Part shown: positions 8,780-16,158 of the stretch, one piece after another
Layout: each line of letters opens with the position of its first letter
How positions within the stretch are numbered: the stretch's first letter is position 1
Source: a bacterium
GTDB lineage: Bacteria; UBA8248
DNA length: 64,000 bases
Direction of reading: 5' to 3'
Assembly (NCBI GenBank): GCA_965203325.1
Contig: OZ241875.1
Location: 1,120,001 to 1,184,000 of the forward strand
Notes under the pieces: generated by a model
Databases searched by the model: none
Seen by the model: the letters and a program-made list of their open reading frames with translations, nothing else
Told to the model about the DNA's origin: nothing
Position numbers and translations under genes: made by a program

Positions 8780-9333
8780 CCTTCGTCTTCCGGGGGCGGC
8801 GTCCGCGTCAGGGACTCCGCCACGCTTTCGAGTATCCCGTCCGCGTGGGCGTGCACCGTATCGAGCGGTATTCCGGTGATGGGATGGGGGATAGAGACGA
8901 TCGGCAGGCCCGCAAAACCCAAGGCCCGCGCCTTCTTTCGGCCGAAGGCCTCGAACATGTCCGTGATGACGGTGAGCGTGGGGAGCCCGCGCTGTTCGAG
9001 CTCGATCGCGTCGTGGATACTCCACGGCGTGCAGGACCCTCAGTCGGGCACTGCGTTCACCACGAAGTCGCAATCTTTGGCCATCCGGTCGATCAGGTCC
9101 TCCTCCAGGGGGAGCGCGCTGCCGCCCTTGCGGTAGTGCGTGAACGAGGCGATGGGATATTTCCCGCTCAAGCGCTCTTCCAGCCGGCGGAGCAGCTTGT
9201 CGGAGTTTGGTTTCGTGTTATCGAGAAGGCCCAGGCGAACCCCCTCGAGAAGAGCGGGGCGCGCGGCCGGCCGCACCTTCTCCATCGGAGGGGGTATTCC
9301 CGATGGATCGAGAATCACCAGAGTCTCCCTCAT
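8776..9333 (-). CDS. UGSC-motif selenoprotein, 185 aa, Sec encoded by in-frame UGA at 9040-9042
   Basis: GAC TGA GGG TCC TGC = D-U-G-S-C; the frame stays open into ORF 8776-8958; SECIS-like hairpin follows; GGAGGAG RBS. Confidence 0.9.
9009..9029 (-). promoter_or_regulatory. Bacterial SECIS-like stem-loop
   Basis: mRNA CGC-CGUGGA-GUA-UCCACG-ACG; G-initiated loop begins 20 nt after the UGA. Confidence 0.7.
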
Positions 9334-9390
9334 AAAACACTCCTCCCCGGAAACCAGGCGGAATCGCGCCCGGCGCGGTCTGAAGTCACG

Positions 9391-9467
9391 ATAAGATGAT
9401 AAGATGCCGGATCGTTATGGAATAATAAGATGATTGTGAGTATCTATATTCTTGCCGATCCTGTCAA
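9391..9467 (-). promoter_or_regulatory. Sigma70 promoter of the selenoprotein operon, with three downstream CATCTTAT direct repeats
   Basis: TTGACA (9462-9467)-N17-GATACT (9439-9444); + strand ATAAGATG at 9391, 9399 and 9425. Confidence 0.65.
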
Positions 9468-9499
9468 CAAACCCCCGGACGGCCCCCGTGCCGTATCGA

Positions 9500-9643
9500 C
9501 CTCACCCTGAGCAACCGCCCCCTCGACTTCGCTTGGGGCAGGCTCCGCCGTTCCCCGACACCCCTCACCCTGAGTAGCCGCCGGAGGCGGCGTATCGAAG
9601 GGCGCTCCCTCGATACGGCCCTCCGGGCCTACTCGGGATGAGG
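9500..9643. repeat. RIME/REP-like cloverleaf palindrome (9563-9643) preceded by partial related units
   Basis: Outer stem CCTCACCCTGAGTAG/CTACTCGGGATGAGG, inner stem CGTATCGAAGG/CCCTCGATACG, two side hairpins. Confidence 0.75.
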
Positions 9644-9691
9644 TTCTTTTGCGTCTCCCGCCCCGCTGGCCCCCTCTCGACGGGAAAAGCA

Positions 9692-9876
9692 CCCCCCCTA
9701 CCCCCCCTTGTCAGGGGTCAAACGCGAGTGATGAACGAGCGTTTGCATAAGCCATTAACGAGAAACACATCGTCTTGCAAAACCTCCCTCTTCGGTCGGT
9801 TTTGACCCCTGACAAGGGGGGGTAGGGGGGGGTAGGGGGGGGTTGCTCCTTTGACAAAGGCTTCTTCAACAACCCT
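9692..9876. repeat. C7-TA-C7-TTGTCAGGGG inverted-repeat element plus inverted terminal-repeat motif
   Basis: Perfect 31-bp arms at 9692-9722 and 9801-9831; CTTCTTCAACAACCCT at 9861-9876. Confidence 0.8.
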
Positions 9877-10077
9877 GTCAGCCTGGCGCGGACGCCGGGA
9901 TGCGCGGGAATCGTAACGAATCCGATTTCGTTTTGATTGCATGCCGAGGCATATGGATTTGAAGGAAACGGATGGCGACAGGAAAACGCCAATAACATCA
10001 ATATGATATCGAGGCTCCACAGCCGATGGAAACGATTCGATGCATCGAATTTATCGATATTCCCGGACTTTCCCCCA

Positions 10078-11340
10078 TCACGTCAGCGGGTCGAGGCCCA
10101 GCACGGCGCGGCGCACGAGCTCCATCCCGTAGATGGGCGCGCGCGACTGCACGAACTGCTCGTTGCCCCCGAAGCTCGCCGTGAAGGTGAAGGCGTCGCT
10201 CCCTATGTCGAGCGCCATGTGGGTGTCGCCCAGCGCGGGCGCGCGGCGGGAGTTTTCGGGTTCGATGTTCTCCGGCGGATTGGGGCCGAAGACGGCGAGG
10301 CCTAAGTCGGCGCCCGACTCCTCGCGGATTCGCCTCGCGAGCGCTTTTGCGAAATCCTCCGGGCTTTCTGTCTCATCCACACCGAACATGCGCGCCAGCT
10401 CCTCCGCGTGCAGTCCGACGACGCCGCGTTTCAGGAACCGCACGCGCTCGGGCCAGGCGTTCAGCCGCTGGATCAAGGCCCCGCCGGTATTGGACTCCAC
10501 AATCGCGATGGTCTTGCCGCTCTGGGCCAGCACGCGCGCCAGCGTCTCCTCGAGCGTCGCGTTCCCGGTGGCGTAGACGGCGGAACCCAGAATCTCGCGC
10601 ACCTTGACTTCGAGACCCGCAATCATGTTGTTCGCCTCTTCGATATCCTTTGCGCGCGCGGTGATGCGCACGTCCACCTGGCCGGGGTGGGCGAGCACGC
10701 CGATGCTCGGGTTCACCGATTCCTTGAACAACTCCGATATCATCTCGTCCACCCGCGATTCGCCGAGGCCGCAGGTCTTCAGGACCTTCGTCCGGATGAC
10801 TTCCCCTAAATCGAATTTCTCCTGCAGGATGGGCAACGCGCACTGCGTGATGATGTAGCGCATCTCGTGCGGCACGCCCGGGCTCACGATGATGACCCCC
10901 TGCTCGTCTTCGCACATGAAACAAGGCGCCGTTCCGCGCGGGTTCTCGATGGGCGTGGCCCCGGCGGGGATGTAGGCCTGCTTTTTGTTGTTGTCGCTCA
11001 TGTGGAAGCCGCGGCGGCTGAAATAGGCGCTGATGTAGTCGTACAGGTCCTGGCGGAACTCGAGCTCGACGCCCATCACCTTGGCGCAGGCCTCCCGCGT
11101 CAGGTCGTCCACCGTGGGGCCGAGGCCGCCCGTGGTGATCACCACCTGGGAGCGCTCGTGGGCCTGTTTGATGACGCCTGCGATCCTGTCCAGATTGTCG
11201 CCTACGGTGGTCTTGAAATACATGTTGACGCCGATCGACTTGAGCTGGTCTGCGATGAAGGCGCTGTTGGTGTCGATGAGGTCGCCGAGCAGCATCTCGG
11301 TGCCGATGGCGACGATTTCGCCGCGAACAGGTTCCGCCAT
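10078..11340 (-). CDS. cinA: CinA-family protein (MocF/pyrophosphatase domain plus a divergent PncC domain)
   Basis: IGTEMLLG, DTNS, TVGDN, TGGLGPTVDDLTR, PGVPHEM; C-terminal ESNTGG. Confidence 0.85.
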   Translation of the reverse strand: MAEPVRGEIVAIGTEMLLGDLIDTNSAFIADQLKSIGVNMYFKTTVGDNLDRIAGVIKQAHERSQVVITTGGLGPTVDDLTREACAKVMGVELEFRQDLYDYISAYFSRRGFHMSDNNKKQAYIPAGATPIENPRGTAPCFMCEDEQGVIIVSPGVPHEMRYIITQCALPILQEKFDLGEVIRTKVLKTCGLGESRVDEMISELFKESVNPSIGVLAHPGQVDVRITARAKDIEEANNMIAGLEVKVREILGSAVYATGNATLEETLARVLAQSGKTIAIVESNTGGALIQRLNAWPERVRFLKRGVVGLHAEELARMFGVDETESPEDFAKALARRIREESGADLGLAVFGPNPPENIEPENSRRAPALGDTHMALDIGSDAFTFTASFGGNEQFVQSRAPIYGMELVRRAVLGLDPLT

Positions 11341-11444
11341 GAAAGGTTCCTCTATGTCGATGATCAGAAAATGAATGCCACAGTGGGACGCCGCATATTA
11401 GGGGAGCGCTCCCCCGGCGACAAGGGCGGGAGAACTCAAGGCCA

Positions 11445-12167
11445 CTAAGCAAGCCCCGAGAGAGCGAGCCAGCGCTCGAACCAGCGAGTCGCCCGCCGGT
11501 TCAACGTCTCCATGTGCAACGGCGCTTCGCCCAATATCGCCTCGGGGTCCGCATCCGAGCGTGGGGATTTCATGTCGCCCTCGAACGCGTCCAGCCAGGT
11601 GGATATGTCCTCCATCCCGATTTCCAGGTGAAACTGGAAGGCGTAGGCGCGCGCGCCCCACCGGAACGCCTGATTCGGGTACCGCGCCGAAGACGCGAGA
11701 TGCACCGCGCCATCGGGAATGTCGAACGTATCGCCGTGCCACTGGAAAACGGGGAAAGACGCCGCCTCATCGCCGAGCAGCGGGTCTCCTTGCGCCCCCG
11801 GCGTCAGATCCACCGGAAACCAGCCGATCTCCTTTTTCCCCTCGCCCGGATACACGCGGGCGTCCAGCGCCGCCGCCATCAACTGCGCGCCCAGGCAAAG
11901 GCCGTAGACGGGGAATCCCGCGTGCAGCGCTTCACGGAGGAAACGAAGCTCATCCGCCAGCCAGGGGTATTTCTCCGCCTCGTAGACGCCCATCGGCCCG
12001 CCCAGGACGACAATCGCGCTTACATCCTCCAGATCACCCAAAGAGCGCGGGAGAGGCTCCCCCTTGTGGAGGGCCAGATAGCGCGCGGGTACTCCCTTCT
12101 GCGCGAGCACCTCTTCGAGCAGCGAGAGCCTTTCCACGTCCACATGCTGAAGCGCGAGAACCGACAT
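11445..12167 (-). CDS. Class I glutamine amidotransferase (GMP-synthase-like)
   Basis: LGGPMG, GLCLGAQ, QWHGD, FQFHLE triad motifs. Confidence 0.9.
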   Translation of the reverse strand: MSVLALQHVDVERLSLLEEVLAQKGVPARYLALHKGEPLPRSLGDLEDVSAIVVLGGPMGVYEAEKYPWLADELRFLREALHAGFPVYGLCLGAQLMAAALDARVYPGEGKKEIGWFPVDLTPGAQGDPLLGDEAASFPVFQWHGDTFDIPDGAVHLASSARYPNQAFRWGARAYAFQFHLEIGMEDISTWLDAFEGDMKSPRSDADPEAILGEAPLHMETLNRRATRWFERWLALSGLA

Positions 12168-12197
12168 CCGGATGTCCTCTTATAAACCAGACTTGGA

Positions 12198-12444
12198 GGG
12201 GGCGTTGAAAAAGCCCCCCTTCTCAGGGGATAAAGGCAACCCCCCCCTACCCCCCCTTGTCAGGGGGGCAAGAAAAAACAAAAGCCCCTCTACGGGCGGC
12301 CGGCAGCGCCTTTTTTTACCCCCCTGACAAGGGGGGGTAGGGGGGGTTGCTTTTCCAGCCAGGGAAGCGAGCGGCGGCCGGGTTCGGCCGTGAACCTTCC
12401 TTCCCTGTTCCGCCCGCCCCGACGGGGGCTGTTTCAACAACCCC
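12198..12444. mobile_element. MITE-like nested palindromic element
   Basis: Outer inverted repeats match 18/21 (12198-12218 / 12424-12444); inner arms at 12236-12268 / 12319-12350; no credible ORF. Confidence 0.75.
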
Positions 12445-13205
12445 TACAAACCCAGAATCGAAAGCGTATCCTCAATCTCCCGAATCTCGAAATCGGGCGG
12501 CTGGCAACCCTCCGGCACGGGCGCTCCCTTTCTGTTGAGCCAGGCGCAGGGCATGCCCACGCTCTGCGGGCCCGTAACGTCGGCATCGAACGTATCGCCC
12601 ACGAAGAGCACTTCTCCCGGCGACACGCCCAGTTCCTCGGCTACTTTAAGAAAAAGCGACGCCGCAGGCTTCCTGAAACCCTCATCCTCTGAAATATGCA
12701 CGGTATCGAGATAGGGCGTGATGCCCATCTTGTCGATGATCCGTAGGGCGGTGGGCGAATGGTCGAAATTGCTCAAGAGCGCTATCGGAAGACCTGCGTC
12801 TTTTATCTTCCCCAGCACGTCGAGCCGGTCCGTGTCGAAGACGACGGAATTCTCGATGCCGTACATGTGGGCGTTCAGGGCTGTCTTGGCGGCGCGTTCC
12901 CTGTCTTGCGCGGGAATGGCGATCAGAAGCTCCATGAGGCGCCGGAAACGGACTATCGAGCGGACCTCTTTGAGTTCGGGGTCGTTGTTGCGCTCGCCCC
13001 ACACTTCTTTCGAGTTCTGGAGCCAGAGCTGGTGGAAGGCCGGATAATTCGGCACGAGGAAACCGCCCTCGTAGAGCGCGTCATAAGCCGCTTTCGAGGT
13101 GGTCTTCTCCTCCTTGCCGTCTATCTCCACCACCGGGAACAGCTTGATGTCGAAATCGACGAGGGTGTCGAACAGGTCGAACGCAACCGCTTGATACGAT
13201 GCCAA
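12444..13205 (-). CDS. HAD-superfamily hydrolase
   Basis: FDLFDTL, LLSN, RKP, FVGDTFDADVTG. Confidence 0.9.
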   Translation of the reverse strand: MASYQAVAFDLFDTLVDFDIKLFPVVEIDGKEEKTTSKAAYDALYEGGFLVPNYPAFHQLWLQNSKEVWGERNNDPELKEVRSIVRFRRLMELLIAIPAQDRERAAKTALNAHMYGIENSVVFDTDRLDVLGKIKDAGLPIALLSNFDHSPTALRIIDKMGITPYLDTVHISEDEGFRKPAASLFLKVAEELGVSPGEVLFVGDTFDADVTGPQSVGMPCAWLNRKGAPVPEGCQPPDFEIREIEDTLSILGL

Positions 13206-13241
13206 GGGAACTCCTCATCAAGTTCGAGTCTGGTTCAGGGA

Positions 13242-13754
13242 TCAGTCGTAGGAGCCGTCCATGTCCATCTTCCGGTAGGCGCTGCCGTAGAAAAGAAGCG
13301 GGGCGCGCACCTCTTCCTCGAGCACGACGCGGGTCACGCGCCCCACGACGATAGTGTGATCGCCACCCGGAAGCTCCTCGTGTAGGTCGCACTCCAGAAC
13401 ACCCACGTTCCCCGTGAGCACGGGCGAGCCGTTCTCGCCGATTTCATGCGGGATGTCGGCGAACTGATCCTCCGCGTCCCTGCCCTTGCCCGCGAACCAG
13501 TCGGAGGTGTTCTTCTGCTCCTCAGCCAGGAAATTGATGGCGAACTTCTTCGCTTCCTGCACCATCTTCAGGCTCGACGCCTTGTTGTCGTAACACACCA
13601 AGACGAGCGGCGGGTCGAGCGAGAGGGAGGAAAACGCGTTCGCCGTCATGCCGCGCGCTTCGGTCGGCGTTTTCGCGGTGACGACCGTGACGCCCGTGGC
13701 GAACCTGCCGAGGGCGGTTCTGAATTCTTTTCCGTCGATGCTCATGTGTGCCAT
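13242..13754 (-). CDS. Flavin reductase family protein
   Basis: FRTALGRFATGVTVVT, SLSLDPPLV, GGDHTIVVG. Confidence 0.92.
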   Translation of the reverse strand: MAHMSIDGKEFRTALGRFATGVTVVTAKTPTEARGMTANAFSSLSLDPPLVLVCYDNKASSLKMVQEAKKFAINFLAEEQKNTSDWFAGKGRDAEDQFADIPHEIGENGSPVLTGNVGVLECDLHEELPGGDHTIVVGRVTRVVLEEEVRAPLLFYGSAYRKMDMDGSYD

Positions 13755-13856
13755 CCTCTATATTGAAAACTTTGGATTCGTCCGAATATATCTCATCTTT
13801 CCTTGAGTTCGCCTTTTCCGGTGTAAAGCGCAGTCGTTCCCCGTTCCTCGCCTATC

Positions 13857-14098
13857 GGGGCTGTTGAAAAAGCCTCCCCGCTCGGAATTGACCACCGCCG
13901 TCATTCCGGCGTCATTGCCGTATCTATTGTAGGGGTCGCATATATGCGACCCTGCCTTTTTTGCCTCCCGACCATGGGCCGCATATATGCGGCCCCTACA
14001 CAACCAACCACACCTGCTCGCGCCGCGCGGGCTTCCTCGTCATCGTCGCGCGAATCTCCTTAACGCCCATAACCTGAACAGAATTTTACAAAATCCCC
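13857..14098. mobile_element. MITE-like element with the same terminal repeats, containing a REP doublet
   Basis: GGGGCTGTTGAAAAA ... TTTTACAAAATCCCC, 12/15 inverted match. Confidence 0.6.
13929..13999. repeat. GTAG-type REP doublet (REPIN-like)
   Basis: GTAG+GGGTCGCATATATGCGACCC, 23-nt spacer, GGGCCGCATATATGCGGCCC+CTAC. Confidence 0.85.
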
Positions 14099-15132
14099 TA
14101 CCCTTTCGGCGTCAGGAGCACCTTCAGCCCGGCCCCGCGCGCCATGATGTCGAAGCCCCGCTCCCATTCATCGAGCGGGAGCATGTCGGATACCATCGCC
14201 TCGGCGTCGACCCTGCCCGCCTCCAGCAACTCAAGCGCCAGCAGCCAGGCGGAGTGCTTCTGCCCGAAGGTGCCGATAAGACGGATCTCCTTGAACGCCA
14301 GTCTGTCCATATCAACGGGAACCGGTGCGCCTGGCAGGCCCACCTGGAGGATCTCTCCGCCCTTGCGCACCGCCTCGACGCATACCTCCATCGCTCCGGC
14401 AGCGCCCGCCGCCTCGACCGCCAGATCGACCCCCCAGCCGTTCGTTACCGCGAGAGCACGGCCTAAAACATTTTCCTTCTCCACGTTCACCGTCCACTCA
14501 GCGCCCAGCGAACGGGCGAGTGCGAGCCTGTGCGCGTCCTTCCCGGCCCCGGCCACCATCACCCGCGCGCCGTGGGCGAGCGCCACCTGGGCGCACCCCA
14601 GGCCGATCGCGCCCGGACCCATGACGAGGACGAAGTCGCCCTCGCGCACGCTGCATTGCTCGCACACCCCGTGAACGCAAACCGCGAGGGGTTCTGAGAG
14701 TGCTGCCGCCTTGAGACTCACGCTGTCGGGCAGGCGGTGGATCGACTCCGCACGCGTGACCAGGTAGTCGGTGAAGGCGCCGTCGCTCACCACGCCCGCG
14801 ATGTCTCGCTGCTCGCAGCGGTTGTAGCGGCCCGAGATGCAGTGCGGGCAGACGCGGCAAGTCGACTTCGTGGGTTCGGCCGTCACCCGCGCGCCCAGGG
14901 GAATCCCCTCGACGCCTTCGCCCGTTTCCACCACTTCGCCCGAGAACTCATGCCCCAGCACCAGCGGGGGGAAATAGTGGAAAAACTCGCCCGAGGCGAT
15001 GTGCACGTCCGTGCCGCAGATGCCGGCGTGGGCGATTTTGACCTTCACCTGCCCGGGCCCCACGCGAGGCTCCGCAACGTCCAGGAGCGCCATCTCGCCG
15101 GGCCCGCGCGCCCGTTTCACCAGGGCTTTCAT
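14098..15132 (-). CDS. Zn-dependent medium-chain alcohol dehydrogenase (sorbitol/threonine DH-like)
   Basis: GICGTD, GHEFSG, CRVCPHC..C, GPGAIG. Confidence 0.92.
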   Translation of the reverse strand: MKALVKRARGPGEMALLDVAEPRVGPGQVKVKIAHAGICGTDVHIASGEFFHYFPPLVLGHEFSGEVVETGEGVEGIPLGARVTAEPTKSTCRVCPHCISGRYNRCEQRDIAGVVSDGAFTDYLVTRAESIHRLPDSVSLKAAALSEPLAVCVHGVCEQCSVREGDFVLVMGPGAIGLGCAQVALAHGARVMVAGAGKDAHRLALARSLGAEWTVNVEKENVLGRALAVTNGWGVDLAVEAAGAAGAMEVCVEAVRKGGEILQVGLPGAPVPVDMDRLAFKEIRLIGTFGQKHSAWLLALELLEAGRVDAEAMVSDMLPLDEWERGFDIMARGAGLKVLLTPKG

Positions 15133-15153
15133 GTTCGCCTCGCGTGAACCGAA

Positions 15154-15867
15154 TCAGGCGTTCAGCACGGCGATCGCCCGAATCGGCGAGCCCGACCCGC
15201 CCCGAATCTTGAGCGGAAGCCCGATATAGAGGAACTCCTTGCCCACCACCAGTTCGATGTTGCACAGGTTCTCCGTATTGGTGCGGCCCAGTTCGCGGCA
15301 AACGAGGTGGCAGGGGTATCCAGGGCTGGTCGCCATGTCCATGCTCGGGGCGTCGGTGCCGACGTTGATGGCCCCGCACTCGCCGTAGACGTACTCGGCC
15401 GCCTCGCGCGTCCAACCCGCGTAGGCCGTCGTGTAGAGCGACGTCGGGTGGTGGCGCTTGAAGTGCCCGTAGGTGTAGAGGAGCGTGTCGCCCGGCTTTA
15501 TCTCATAGTTGTAGTGGTCGAGCCTGCGCTTCACGTCGTCCGCGTCGATGTAGCTGTTGTCCTCGACGTTCTCGAAATCAATCGCGATGCCCCGGCTGTA
15601 GAAGGAATCGAAGTTCATCTCGTCGATGTGGGGGGCGTCGGGCGAGGGGTCGAGATGGCTGATGGAATCCACGTGCGTGGGGCCGTGCTCGCAGAACTGG
15701 ATGATGCCCGAGTAATAGCTCATCTCGCTCTGGAAGCGCCCGCTGGCGGCGCTTTCCTCGTGTGTCATGTTCGTCCAGCGCCAGGTCTCGGGGTGTCCCA
15801 CGAACACCGGCTGGCCCTGGTAGATGTCTTGCGAGAGATCGATGATTTCGTGATTCTTATACGCCAT
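15154..15867 (-). CDS. Cyclase/kynurenine-formamidase family metal hydrolase
   Basis: IIDLSQ, EHGPTHVDS, GTDAPS, ENL, PLKIRGGSGSPIRAIA. Confidence 0.88.
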   Translation of the reverse strand: MAYKNHEIIDLSQDIYQGQPVFVGHPETWRWTNMTHEESAASGRFQSEMSYYSGIIQFCEHGPTHVDSISHLDPSPDAPHIDEMNFDSFYSRGIAIDFENVEDNSYIDADDVKRRLDHYNYEIKPGDTLLYTYGHFKRHHPTSLYTTAYAGWTREAAEYVYGECGAINVGTDAPSMDMATSPGYPCHLVCRELGRTNTENLCNIELVVGKEFLYIGLPLKIRGGSGSPIRAIAVLNA

Positions 15868-16025
15868 GGTGATTCTCCTCCGGGGTGTTCCGCTATTGGT
15901 GAACTGTTCGAATCCTTGCGATTCGCTGCATGAAGCACATCTTTTGAATCAGGCCAAAACCGGCGATACGACTTGCCCGCATCCGGGTTTCTTGTGGGAT
16001 ATGTCGTGGGTTTTGAGCGCTTCCG

Positions 16026-16054
16026 ATATTAGAGACGGGGTGAGGGGTTGTCAA
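16026..16054 (-). promoter_or_regulatory. Sigma70 promoter for the cyclase-ADH unit
   Basis: TTGACA (16049-16054)-N17-TAATAT (16026-16031). Confidence 0.65.
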
Positions 16055-16085
16055 CGGAAAGCACTCGGGGCGCGCCCTTGGAGAA

Positions 16086-16115
16086 TTGACACCGGGAAGC
16101 CCCCCTCCTTACCAT
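16086..16115 (+). promoter_or_regulatory. Divergent sigma70 promoter for the mocA-like unit
   Basis: TTGACA (16086-16091)-N18-TACCAT (16110-16115). Confidence 0.55.
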
Positions 16116-16158
16116 GCCGGCGAAACTCGATATCAATCTTTCCTTTCGGAGAACTCAA

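Noticed and set aside
8780..9073. N-terminal extension of ORF 7724-9073
   Set aside because: It overlaps the selenoprotein in another frame; the ATGA-coupled start at 8779 fits the family-like sequence
8776..9333. Two separate small genes, or a nonsense pseudogene
   Set aside because: The stop is UGA in a UxxC context with a SECIS-like hairpin and a continuous frame; Sec recoding explains it better
9461..9475. GGGGGTTTGTTGACAG as another element end supplying the -35
   Set aside because: It lacks the A-run and is adequately explained as an ordinary -35 box; cannot be supported
9500..9876. Possible CRISPR array
   Set aside because: The repeats are inverted and heterogeneous, not regularly spaced direct repeats, and there are no cas genes
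9444..10020. ORFs 9444-9692, 9711-10001 and 9718-10020 (also 12180-12440, 13758-14003, 18528-18812)
   Set aside because: They are translations of palindromic repeats (PPTPPCQGG/PLTRGGRGG-type peptides) with no RBS or family motifs
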